This document shows positions 1 to 8,277 of a stretch of DNA of 32,000 nucleotides, in pieces. The notes below the pieces were generated by a model. The model did not search any database, had not been told where the DNA came from, and was given only the letters and a program-made list of their open reading frames with translations. Positions within the stretch are counted from its first letter, which is position 1, and each line of letters begins with the position of its first letter. The stretch is from assembly GCF_043950625.1 (NCBI RefSeq), contig NZ_CP171007.1; one strand, written 5' to 3'. Made by a program: the position numbers and the translations under genes. The DNA comes from Alkanindiges sp. WGS2144. Lineage in GTDB: Bacteria > Pseudomonadota > Gammaproteobacteria > Pseudomonadales > Moraxellaceae.

Positions 1-611
1 GCTTATATGGTGTGCCGTTAACAGATATTGATGTCGTGAAGCAGCATGCCAAAGATCCGGCGCAGGTACTCATTACCGCTATGAATACGTGGTTTGCAAG
101 CCTTATGGCATGCAAGAGTTTCCATGCCGACTTGCATGCGGGTAATTTATTACTGCTCAAAGATGGCCGTATTGGTTTTATTGACTTTGGTATTGTGGGG
201 CAATTAAAGCCGGAAGTGTGGAATGCAACCATTGGCTTTATGGATGCGTTGCAACATACCAATTATCAGGATATGGCGAAGCATATGGTGAATATGGGCA
301 TGACCCACGGCACCGTGGATACAGACCGTCTGGCTGCCGATATGGAACGGTTGTTTTCCGGGGTTTTGCTGGCTGATCCACAAAAAGTGATGTCTGGCGA
401 TGTGGCGGATTTAAATGCCATGATGATGGATATGGTTGGCGTTGGCGAGCGGCACGGGATTCATTTTCCACGTGATTTTGCCTTGTTGATGAAGCAAATG
501 CTGTATTTTGATCGCTTCATGCGGGTGCTTACCCCTTATATGGATGTGTTTAGCGATTCACGCTTGCAGCTTCTACAAGATGCAGAGCCTGTATCCAAAT
601 TAATTCATTAA
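1..611 (+). CDS. ABC1/UbiB-family atypical protein kinase, C-terminal part (5' end lies outside the window)
   Basis: The frame is open from position 3 (LYGVPLTDID...). It carries the kinase-like catalytic loop FHADLHAGNLLL and the motif IDFGIVG typical of ABC1/AarF/UbiB proteins. The stop codon TAA is at 609-611. Confidence 0.8.
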   Translation, partial: LYGVPLTDIDVVKQHAKDPAQVLITAMNTWFASLMACKSFHADLHAGNLLLLKDGRIGFIDFGIVGQLKPEVWNATIGFMDALQHTNYQDMAKHMVNMGMTHGTVDTDRLAADMERLFSGVLLADPQKVMSGDVADLNAMMMDMVGVGERHGIHFPRDFALLMKQMLYFDRFMRVLTPYMDVFSDSRLQLLQDAEPVSKLIH

Positions 612-640
612 GTAAAGGGTAGGTGAGTTTACTGTTTTTT
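611..640 (+). terminator. Weak Rho-independent terminator candidate after the ABC1 kinase gene
   Basis: AGTAAA (611-616) pairs with TTTACT (628-633), followed by a T-run at 635-640. The stem is short and AT-rich. Confidence 0.3.
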
Positions 641-651
641 AAGTAATGATT

Positions 652-681
652 TTGCCTGACATGATTAAAATTCGATAGAAT
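652..681 (+). promoter_or_regulatory. Sigma70-like promoter candidate for folB
   Basis: TTGCCT (652-657), an 18-nt spacer, then TAGAAT (676-681), about 40 nt upstream of the folB start. Confidence 0.3.
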
Positions 682-718
682 AATGCTTTGATGGCAATGG
701 CATACCTGATGGGATCAC

Positions 719-1093
719 GTGGATAAAGTCATTATAGAAGGGCTGCGCGTTGATGCAGTGATTGGTGTTTTTGATTGGGAGCGACAAATTACCCAGCCAT
801 TACTGGTGGATCTGGAAATCGGTTGTGATATCGGTTGTGCTGCCCGGACTGACTGCATTGATGATGCAGTTAATTATAAGGCAGTGTGCGATGAGGTTAG
901 CCAACTGATCATTGATACCAGGGCACAACTGATTGAACGTCTGGCTGAACTCATTGCTCAGCATATTCTTGTTCAATATGCAACGGTTAAGCAAGTGAAA
1001 GTGATCATCAGGAAACCAACGGCCATTACCAATACTACCGCTGTTGGTGTATCTATCGAGCGCAATCGTGCCACTATACGCACTGGCCATTAG
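719..1093 (+). CDS. folB: Dihydroneopterin aldolase
   Basis: 124 aa with a GTG start. The N-terminus IIEGLRVDAVIGVFDWERQITQPLLVDLEI and the later region DCIDDAVNYKAV match the FolB family pattern. The size is typical. Confidence 0.85.
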   Translation: MDKVIIEGLRVDAVIGVFDWERQITQPLLVDLEIGCDIGCAARTDCIDDAVNYKAVCDEVSQLIIDTRAQLIERLAELIAQHILVQYATVKQVKVIIRKPTAITNTTAVGVSIERNRATIRTGH

Positions 1094-1490
1094 CAGTAAT
1101 CAGCAGCGCGATCACTGGACACGCTATGCCATGCAGGCGCTTGAGTGTCTGGGCGCGTGTCAGTTTTCACAGGTTTATCAGATTGCCTGTAGGCAGGGTA
1201 AAGGTGAGGATTACTACAACTTTGCTGCTTTGCTGCAAAGCCATTTGACTTTTGATGAATTAAATCAACAGCTCAAGCAATTAGAACAATATGCAGGTCG
1301 AGTACGACCATCGCACCATATTCCGCTGGATATAGATATTGTGGCATGGGGCAGTTGCCTTGATGATTTGCAACCCGTGTCAATGCGTTTGCCATTGCCG
1401 TTTGATGCTGCCAAACCATTATCAGAATTATGGTCGGTCTGTCCAGCTTCTTACAATACGATGCCTTACCAGATTATTACGGAAGTCTGA
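1044..1490 (+). CDS. folK: HPPK-like protein (divergent 2-amino-4-hydroxy-6-hydroxymethyldihydropteridine pyrophosphokinase)
   Basis: HPPK-like blocks are present: LYALAISSN (compare IAIGSN), YYNFAALLQSHLTFDELNQQLKQLEQYAGRVR and PLDIDIV. The gene overlaps the folB 3' end. The start is uncertain: TTG at 1044 or GTG at 1068. Several canonical residues appear to be missing (see findings). Confidence 0.6.
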   Translation: MVYLSSAIVPLYALAISSNQQRDHWTRYAMQALECLGACQFSQVYQIACRQGKGEDYYNFAALLQSHLTFDELNQQLKQLEQYAGRVRPSHHIPLDIDIVAWGSCLDDLQPVSMRLPLPFDAAKPLSELWSVCPASYNTMPYQIITEV

Positions 1491-1535
1491 ACCAGAATTG
1501 TTACACTGGTAATTTTGTTACTACATTATTTTTAA

Positions 1536-2294
1536 ATGTTCAAAATTGCCCGTCCCAAGCCAATTTTTTATCCTAGTCATTATCCGGCAGATGCGCATGG
1601 GGTTTTATTGCTGCATGGTTTTACTGGTACGCCACAGGACTTAAAAAAACTGGCCAATTTTTTAAAAAGTCAGGGTTTTGCCTGTTATGCTCCTATTTAC
1701 AAAGCTCATGGCCTGGGTGCTGAAGCGATTGTAGGAAGTGGTATAACGGCATGGTGGCAAGACGCACTGGATGCTTTTGAGTTTTTACAAAGCCATGGTT
1801 ACGGAAAAATTAGTATAGTTGGTCATTCCATGGGGGGTGTGTTTGCTTTGCGACTTGCTCAGGATTTTAAACTGGCAAGTGTGACCACCATGTGTTCGCC
1901 AATTAAAAAAAGACCTCTGCACGATTTAACCCAGCGCTTAATCGCTTATGCTGAACAATACAAAAAATATGAACAAAAAACACCGGAGCATATTCAGCAG
2001 GAAATAACGGATTTTGCCCAGTCAGATTTTTCAGTCGTGCAGGGAATTAGTGATTTTACTGAGCAAACCGGACAGGGGCTGGCAGAAGTAAAATGTCCCT
2101 TATTGGTATTACAGGGTGAGTTAGATGATGTCTGCTATCAACAAAGCGCACAGATTATTTATGAGCAGGCTGGTTCTGCTGTGAAAGAAATAAAAACTTA
2201 TGCAAATTCAGGGCATATGTTAATGCTAGAAGCAGATCATCAAAAGGTATTTAGGGATATTGTGGGGTTTTTAAGAGATTCTGAACATTTGTAA
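1536..2294 (+). CDS. Alpha/beta hydrolase, carboxylesterase (Est/YvaK-like)
   Basis: 252 aa. It has the oxyanion region LLLHGFTGTP, the nucleophile elbow GHSMGG and a C-terminal GHM segment that is the likely catalytic His region. Confidence 0.8.
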   Translation: MFKIARPKPIFYPSHYPADAHGVLLLHGFTGTPQDLKKLANFLKSQGFACYAPIYKAHGLGAEAIVGSGITAWWQDALDAFEFLQSHGYGKISIVGHSMGGVFALRLAQDFKLASVTTMCSPIKKRPLHDLTQRLIAYAEQYKKYEQKTPEHIQQEITDFAQSDFSVVQGISDFTEQTGQGLAEVKCPLLVLQGELDDVCYQQSAQIIYEQAGSAVKEIKTYANSGHMLMLEADHQKVFRDIVGFLRDSEHL

Positions 2295-2457
2295 TTTTAT
2301 TTCAAACGCAGAATAATGAGTTTATTTTGGCGCGGCTAGGTTCGCATACCAAGCTGTCGAGCTGTTTGGTTAGTTTTATTTTATGCGGCTGATTGATTTA
2401 TGGGTATATCGATGAGTGGGGCAATAGGCGCATTATTACGCCTATCGCCAGTTATGC

Positions 2458-3660
2458 TTACTTCAGCTCACTTGACGATTTACCCAGCTCACGACGGGCA
2501 ATAATCAGTTGCTGAATTTGCTGGGTACCTTCAAAAATATCCAGAATTTTGGAGTCACGCGCCCATTTTTCCAGTAACTCATCTTCACAGTAGCCTACAC
2601 TGGCTGCCAGTTCTACACACTTAAGGGTAATTTCACTGCCAATGCGGCCAGCCTTGGCTTTTGCAATAGAGGCTTCCTTGGAGTTAGGCATTTTGTTGTC
2701 CGCCATCCAGCAGGCTTTTAAGGTGAGCAGGCGAGCGGCTTCCCATTCAGCTTCCAGACGGTAAATAGTGGCAGCAATGTTGCTGGTATTTAATACCGGG
2801 ATGCTGTAGTTCGCATCAAGTTGGTCTTTAAAAATTTCCTTGATGCGCTCAAGCGAGGCTTTGGCACAACCTACCGCCATGGCAGCAACCAGCGGGCGGG
2901 TATTATCAAAGGTCTCCATTACCCCGGCAAAGCCCTTGGCTACATCAATCTCGGCATTACCCAGCAGGTTGGCAGCCGGGACGCGACAATCAATAAAGCT
3001 AATGGCAGCGGTATCCGATGCTTTAATACCCAGCTTGTGTTCAAGGCGTTCCACAGTCATACCCGGAGTGCCTTTTTCGACCACAAAGGATTTAATGGCA
3101 GCACGTCCCAGATTTTTATCCAGTGTTGCCCAGACCACCACACAATCCGCGCGTTCGCCACTGGTGACGAAGATTTTCTCACCATTTAGGATGTAATCAT
3201 CACCCTCCTTGACCGCAGTAGTACGAATGGCCGCAGAATCCGAGCCACAACCCGGTTCAGTAATGGCCATGGCTGCCCATTTACCATTAAAACGTTCCAG
3301 TTGTTCATCATTGGCAACAGCGGCAATGGCAGAGTTCCCAAGTCCCTGACGTGGCATGGAAAGTAGCAAACCGGTATCGCCGTAACACATTTCAATAATG
3401 CCCAGTGCAGTGGACATGTTAGAACCATTACGGATTCCGGTTTCCTGTTTTTCGCCTCGCTTGCCTGCGGTGGTGGCACCAGTCATGGCATCACCGCCTT
3501 CATTCATGCCGTCCAGCAAAGCACCCAGCATATCCAGCTCCTTGGGATAAGCATGTTCAGCTTTATCATATTTGCGTGAAATAGGGCGCAGCACGTTTAA
3601 TGCAACTTCATGCGCCTGGTCGACCAACATTTTAAATTTTTTAGGGTTTTGTAGATTCAT
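2458..3660 (-). CDS. Acyl-CoA dehydrogenase (canonical, FAD-binding and catalytic subunit)
   Basis: 400 aa. It has the ACAD middle-domain motif AITEPGCGSD and the C-terminal catalytic-base motif IFEGTQQIQQLIIAR. An AAGGA Shine-Dalgarno sequence precedes the ATG at 3660. Confidence 0.9.
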   Translation of the reverse strand: MNLQNPKKFKMLVDQAHEVALNVLRPISRKYDKAEHAYPKELDMLGALLDGMNEGGDAMTGATTAGKRGEKQETGIRNGSNMSTALGIIEMCYGDTGLLLSMPRQGLGNSAIAAVANDEQLERFNGKWAAMAITEPGCGSDSAAIRTTAVKEGDDYILNGEKIFVTSGERADCVVVWATLDKNLGRAAIKSFVVEKGTPGMTVERLEHKLGIKASDTAAISFIDCRVPAANLLGNAEIDVAKGFAGVMETFDNTRPLVAAMAVGCAKASLERIKEIFKDQLDANYSIPVLNTSNIAATIYRLEAEWEAARLLTLKACWMADNKMPNSKEASIAKAKAGRIGSEITLKCVELAASVGYCEDELLEKWARDSKILDIFEGTQQIQQLIIARRELGKSSSELK

Positions 3661-3678
3661 GTTTAATTATCCTTTTGC

Positions 3679-4980
3679 TTAAGCGTGCAGACCAGAGTGC
3701 TTAATGGCAGTGGCTCGTAAATCACGATACCAGCGTTCGACCGGATGCTCTTTGGTATAGCCATGGCCGCCCACAATTTGTACGCCATCGTTACCAATTT
3801 TCATGGATTTTTCAGCACATAGCAGGCGTGCCAGATAAGCTTCGCGGTGGAAAGGCTGACCGGCTTCAGCAAGACTGGCTGCATTCCATACCAGCATGCG
3901 CATGGCATCAATTTCGATGGCCATATCAGCAATCATGAACGCCACGCTTTGACGGTGTGAAATTGGCTCACCAAAAGCGGTACGCTCATTGGCATAAGTA
4001 ACGCAGTAATCTTTGACGGCCTGGCAGGTGCCAATCGCAAGAGCGCACCAGCTTAATGCACCTAAATCCAGAAAAGCCTGATAACTAAAATCATCATCTG
4101 TTAGCAGGAGAGCTGGCGTATTGCCAAAGCGCAGACCCACCGTTTCTCCTGCTTTTAAGCCCATAGCCAGGTTTTGGCGTACACTGATGCTGTCATGTTG
4201 TTCTACAATAAACAGTTTGGGCTTGCCGTTAAGTTGGGCAGCAACGATATAAAATTCAGCCTGCTCACCCAGCAGAACCAGGGTTTTTTCGCCTGTAATC
4301 TGGTAACCCTGTTCAGTTTGCTTGGCATGGGTTGCTAGTTCATTCGGGTTAAATGCTGGTGTTGCTTCTGATACCGCAAAAGTAGCGACTGGTGGTTGTT
4401 CTGAGGCAAAGGCAGGCAGGTATTTTTCCTGCACTTCGGTAGAACCCCAGCGGGTGATGGCATTGGCCACACCAAGCGAAGTTAAAATGCTGGCAGCCAA
4501 ACTATAGTCACCATACCCCAAGTCTTCGGCAATCAACACATTACTCACGACTGCCTGTTCACTGGCAACACCACCATAGGCGTCTGGCAGTGCATAAAAT
4601 AACAGGCCAAGTTCTTGCGCCTTTGCTGCAATATCGACTGGAAATATAGCCTGATCATCAGCCTGTGAGGCAGCAGGGCGTAATACATCAGCGGCAAAAC
4701 GCTGTAACATATCACGCATCATTTGTTGCTCATCAGTTAGACTTAAATCAAACAGATTTTTGTTTGTACCTGGTAGACGCTGCTTGCCAGTACCGGTAGC
4801 TGGTTTAAACTGGCGTGATGTGGCACCCAGTACCTTAAAACCGGTTTTACTGCCTTGATATAATGTTTTTTCAATTAGCTTGCGTAGTTTAAGCTGGTCG
4901 ATCAGGTCACTGGCGGCAAAACGAGTGAGCAGGTTTAAGCCTAAACCTTGTGCTTTGTTAAGTCTGGTAGTGGCATTCAT
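3679..4980 (-). CDS. Acyl-CoA dehydrogenase-family protein with degenerate motifs (probable non-catalytic partner)
   Basis: The ACAD fold is recognisable (LTDEQQMMRDMLQRFAADVLRP, GGHGYTKEHPVERWYRDLR). The ATG at 4980 has an AAGGAC Shine-Dalgarno sequence, so I prefer it to the track's TTG at 5028. The stop lies 18 nt upstream of the next ACAD gene, which suggests an operon. Confidence 0.8.
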   Translation of the reverse strand: MNATTRLNKAQGLGLNLLTRFAASDLIDQLKLRKLIEKTLYQGSKTGFKVLGATSRQFKPATGTGKQRLPGTNKNLFDLSLTDEQQMMRDMLQRFAADVLRPAASQADDQAIFPVDIAAKAQELGLLFYALPDAYGGVASEQAVVSNVLIAEDLGYGDYSLAASILTSLGVANAITRWGSTEVQEKYLPAFASEQPPVATFAVSEATPAFNPNELATHAKQTEQGYQITGEKTLVLLGEQAEFYIVAAQLNGKPKLFIVEQHDSISVRQNLAMGLKAGETVGLRFGNTPALLLTDDDFSYQAFLDLGALSWCALAIGTCQAVKDYCVTYANERTAFGEPISHRQSVAFMIADMAIEIDAMRMLVWNAASLAEAGQPFHREAYLARLLCAEKSMKIGNDGVQIVGGHGYTKEHPVERWYRDLRATAIKHSGLHA

Positions 4981-5177
4981 ATATTTGTCGTCCTTTGAAC
5001 GTATTGCATGATCAAAATCCTGACACAAAAATATAAAAAACCTATTGCTAAATTGCCATTTAAAGAATTTTAATTGATTGGCTTTTAAAACCTAAATCAA
5101 AAATATAATGAATTGATTTTTAATAAAAAATTTTAAAAATTGAACGGTATTTATTTTTCTTATTGACCAAACAGGCA

Positions 5178-5200
5178 CAAGGCTGAAGCATTCAGCCTTG
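5178..5200 (-). terminator. Terminator hairpin downstream of the ABC1 kinase gene
   Basis: A perfect 10-bp stem, CAAGGCTGAA / TTCAGCCTTG, with a 3-nt loop, 26 nt past the stop at 5226. The trailing T tract on the minus strand is only modest. Confidence 0.4.
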
Positions 5201-5225
5201 CATATAACGGGATAAAGCCTAAATT

Positions 5226-6611
5226 TTAGGAGTTAGCCTTAAGGTGTGCTTCCAGCATTTTACGCATATTGGTATGCGCATCAATTACAGTCATAAAGGT
5301 GTAGGCACCAATAAACTTGCGGCTAATAAACATAAACTCCTTGGGCGGCACACTAAAGTAGCGTGAAGCCATGGATTCACCAGCCTGCTTGATCACCCGC
5401 GCATGTAGCTGACTCCTGCGCCAGTTGTATTTGCCGTCGCTATCCATGACACCAGCCGGTAAGTCCGGATTGTTTTGTGGTGTGCTAAAGCTCTCGGTCG
5501 CCAGCAAAAACACTTTTGCCATACCGGGTTTAACATTGGCAGGCATCTGGTCAAAAAAAGCATAGCCCTGCATGGCATTAACCATGTCATCCATACTGTG
5601 ATGGTAGCCTGCCATAATCAGACCCCGTGCCACACTTAGCAGATTCTGGTCAAATTCGCGAATTGCACCAAAATCCAGCAGGATAATTTTATCTTCAATA
5701 TCCTGACCATTACCCAGCCGCACCAGATAATTACCAAAGTTCGGATCGGTTTGCATTTCGCCCCATTCAAAAATTTCCCGAATGGTGATTTCAAGCGAGG
5801 CAGTACCCAGTTTGTCGCGACGTGCTTGTGGCAGGGACAACATTACTGGGCTATTAATTGGCACGCCGCGTTCAAAAGTCATACAGAGCACGCGGTCAGT
5901 ACAGTATTCATCAATAATTTGCGGGACGATGTAGCGGGGATCATCTTTTAAGCGCTCATAAAAACGCCGTGTGGTATCCGCTTCCATATGGTAGTTGACT
6001 TCACGGTGCATCATTTCGCGAACTTCTTCAAACCACTCATCAAACTCTCGGGTTTGCGGCACCATGCGGGTGAGTTTGAGCATATTGCGAAACAGGCTCA
6101 TGTCAGAATCAATGGCTTCGGCTACACCCGGATATTGAATTTTTAAAACAATTTCTAGCCCGTCAGATTTGCGCACGGCACGATGAACCTGAGCTAACGA
6201 TGCTGTACCCAGTGGCTCGTGATCAACGGTAAGCTCGTCCAGTTTATCACCCAATTGCTGGCGTAACTGGGTTTTAATGGCTGGCCAGGATAGGGCAACG
6301 GTATTGTTATTCAAAGTATGTAAGGCAGCAGTAATTTCTTCCGGTAAAAAATGCTCACCATATAGGGCCATCATCTGGCCAATTTTTACAATGGAACCTT
6401 TTAACTTGCCAATTTCTTCTACCAGATAATTGGCCTGTTCAGTCATGGCTTGCTTGCGTTTTTTGGTTTTGGTTTCTTCGTTGGCAAACATGCTGGTTGC
6501 ATTAGAGGCAGCCCAACGGGTTCCAGCTAAGAAGGAGGCTTTGGCAATCGAAAAACGACGGTCAAAAGCAGACGTTTTAAGCTGGTCAAGTTTATCTGAA
6601 CGATCAGACAT
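5226..6611 (-). CDS. ABC1/AarF-family atypical kinase
   Basis: 461 aa. It has GTASLAQVHRAVRKSDGLEIVLKIQYPGV (the ABC1 nucleotide-binding region), the catalytic loop QTDPNFGNYLV and LLDFG. An AGGA Shine-Dalgarno sequence is present. Confidence 0.85.
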   Translation of the reverse strand: MSDRSDKLDQLKTSAFDRRFSIAKASFLAGTRWAASNATSMFANEETKTKKRKQAMTEQANYLVEEIGKLKGSIVKIGQMMALYGEHFLPEEITAALHTLNNNTVALSWPAIKTQLRQQLGDKLDELTVDHEPLGTASLAQVHRAVRKSDGLEIVLKIQYPGVAEAIDSDMSLFRNMLKLTRMVPQTREFDEWFEEVREMMHREVNYHMEADTTRRFYERLKDDPRYIVPQIIDEYCTDRVLCMTFERGVPINSPVMLSLPQARRDKLGTASLEITIREIFEWGEMQTDPNFGNYLVRLGNGQDIEDKIILLDFGAIREFDQNLLSVARGLIMAGYHHSMDDMVNAMQGYAFFDQMPANVKPGMAKVFLLATESFSTPQNNPDLPAGVMDSDGKYNWRRSQLHARVIKQAGESMASRYFSVPPKEFMFISRKFIGAYTFMTVIDAHTNMRKMLEAHLKANS

Positions 6612-6752
6612 ATGAATATAATCCTAAAAAGCCAAGCCAGAATGCAGCAAATTTTGTTAGTTTAACTGTAGCAAAAATAGTGTTCAGTAACAAAACCGTG
6701 TTCAGGGCAGCATGATATGCGCTGCTAAAAAATAAGAAGTAAATAAGCAGGC

Positions 6753-6790
6753 AAAAATAAGCCGCTTTTAATCAAAGACTAAAAGCGGCT
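6753..6790 (-). terminator. Rho-independent terminator of purD
   Basis: A perfect 11-bp stem, AGCCGCTTTTA (6760-6770) / TAAAAGCGGCT (6780-6790), followed on the minus strand by TATTTTTG. It lies 21 nt after the purD stop. Confidence 0.7.
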
Positions 6791-6810
6791 ATTGTAACAA
6801 AACAGGAGGA

Positions 6811-8103
6811 TTACTGGGTATTATTTTGCTCGCGTTCAATAGCGCGATAACCAATATCACTACGGTACTGCATGCCATCGAAGGTTACCTGACTGCATAC
6901 TTCCAGCGCGGCAACCTGAGCTTCTAATACACTATCGCCCAGTGCGGTGACACATAGTACGCGTCCGCCGCTAGTGAGCACATGACCATCTTCACTTAAA
7001 TTAGTGCCGGCATGAAATATCTTGGTGTCTTCGGGTGATTGATCCAGACCGGAAATCACATCGCCAGTTTGAATTTCACCCGGATAACCTTTAGCGGCCA
7101 GTACAATCCCTAAGGCACGACGTTCATCCCACTGCGCTTCACTTGGCAGATTGCCAGCAATACCCGCTTCTATCAGCTCAACCAGGGATGATTGCAATCG
7201 CATCATGATTGGCTGGGTTTCTGGGTCACCAAAACGGCAATTAAATTCGATCACACGTGGCTGGCCTTGCTCATCAATCATTAAGCCTGCATATAAAAAG
7301 CCAGTATATATATGCCCATCTTTAGCCATACCATCTACGGTTGGACGCATGATATCATTCATCACCCGCTCAAAGATTTCATTGGTAACTACTGGCGCAG
7401 GGGAGTAAGCACCCATGCCACCGGTATTTGGACCTTCATCTTTTTCAAAAATACGCTTGTGATCCTGACTGGTCGCCATGGGCAAAATATTATTGCCATC
7501 AATCATGCAAATAAAGCTGGCCTCTTCGCCGGCCAAAAATTGCTCAATGACTACACGTGAGCCAGCATCGCCAAACTTGTTGCCAGACAACATGTCATCC
7601 ACGGCCTCAAAGGCTTCAGCGATAGTCATGGCAACAATCACACCTTTACCAGCTGCTAAGCCGTCTGCCTTGATTACAATCGGTGCGCCGTGTTGCTGAA
7701 TAAAAGCTTTGGCAGCATCAACTTCAGTAAACACGTCATAAAACGCAGTAGGAATGTTGTGGCGCTTTAAAAAATGCTTGGCAAATGCCTTAGAACCTTC
7801 CAGTTGCGCGGCATACTGGGTAGGCCCCCAAATGTTTAAACCGGCAGCACGGCCAGCATCCACCACGCCATTGACCAGTGGCGCTTCCGGACCAACAATG
7901 ATCAGATCAATATTGTTGGTTTTACTAAACTCAACAATGGCAGCATTGTCCAGAATGTTTAAGGCCACATTTTTACATTTGTTTTCAAACGCTGTGCCTG
8001 CATTACCCGGCGCAACAAATACGGTATCTACGCGGTTATCCTGCGCACATTTCCATGCTAGTGCATGTTCGCGTCCGCCACTACCCAAAATTAAAATTTG
8101 CAT
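6811..8103 (-). CDS. purD: Phosphoribosylamine-glycine ligase
   Basis: 430 aa. The N-terminus MQILILGSGGREHALAWK, an ATP-grasp core, and AAGGA before the ATG all fit PurD. Confidence 0.95.
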   Translation of the reverse strand: MQILILGSGGREHALAWKCAQDNRVDTVFVAPGNAGTAFENKCKNVALNILDNAAIVEFSKTNNIDLIIVGPEAPLVNGVVDAGRAAGLNIWGPTQYAAQLEGSKAFAKHFLKRHNIPTAFYDVFTEVDAAKAFIQQHGAPIVIKADGLAAGKGVIVAMTIAEAFEAVDDMLSGNKFGDAGSRVVIEQFLAGEEASFICMIDGNNILPMATSQDHKRIFEKDEGPNTGGMGAYSPAPVVTNEIFERVMNDIMRPTVDGMAKDGHIYTGFLYAGLMIDEQGQPRVIEFNCRFGDPETQPIMMRLQSSLVELIEAGIAGNLPSEAQWDERRALGIVLAAKGYPGEIQTGDVISGLDQSPEDTKIFHAGTNLSEDGHVLTSGGRVLCVTALGDSVLEAQVAALEVCSQVTFDGMQYRSDIGYRAIEREQNNTQ

Positions 8104-8277
8104 ATTTATTCATCCTTTTCATTTAGAGGACTGAAAAAACCTTAGCGAGGCCACAAGTGCGAGTGCGTGAGGAACATTGTTCCGCAAGGAGAAAGCGCAG
8201 TTTATGTCATATAAGTGAGCATTTCGGCTCAGCTCTCAACTTGGTTTTCAACGCTGCAATTGCGACGCAGCTAGTTT

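Noticed and set aside
2821-3479. ORF-track entries 2821-3189(+), 2840-3196(+) and 3186-3479(-) inside the acyl-CoA dehydrogenase gene
   Set aside because: They are antisense or out of frame relative to a gene with strong family motifs. Their translations are low-complexity (Ala/Ser/Arg/Pro-rich) with no motifs or Shine-Dalgarno sequence. These are typical shadow ORFs.
4981-5028. Longer N-termini with alternative start codons in the ORF track: TTG at 5028 for the ACAD partner, TTG at 10215 for fis, GTG at 11979 for DUF3426 and TTG at 14374 for hrpA
   Set aside because: In each case an ATG lies a few codons downstream, with better Shine-Dalgarno spacing or a better family-typical N-terminus. 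I treated the extensions as ORF-caller artefacts, though they are not excluded.
5029-5177. A very AT-rich spacer upstream of the ACAD operon with AATTGATT at 5072-5079 and 5111-5118
   Set aside because: Short AT-only repeats are expected in such composition. I could not define a convincing -35/-10 pair or a palindromic operator, such as a PsrA/FadR-like site.
6680-6705. The direct repeat GTGTTCAG-N10-GTGTTCAG upstream of the 461-aa ABC1 kinase gene
   Set aside because: By my rough estimate, one nearby 8-mer recurrence is expected by chance across about 3 kb of intergenic sequence. It could be an operator, but the sequence alone does not support that.
8145-8154. The 10-mer GCGAGGCCAC is shared between the purH-purD spacer (8145-8154) and the fis leader (10291-10300). 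I considered whether it marks a REP-like element.
   Set aside because: In 32 kb, hundreds of 10-mer coincidences are expected by chance. The flanks do not align beyond a few bases, and neither copy sits in a convincing palindrome.
8104-8277. The 174-nt spacer between purH and purD, checked for a ZTP (pfl) or purine riboswitch, a PurR box or a terminator
   Set aside because: Only short stems are present (GGAAC-att-GTTCC and GCAATTGC). I recognised no conserved riboswitch core and no PurR-box-like palindrome, so nothing can be called.
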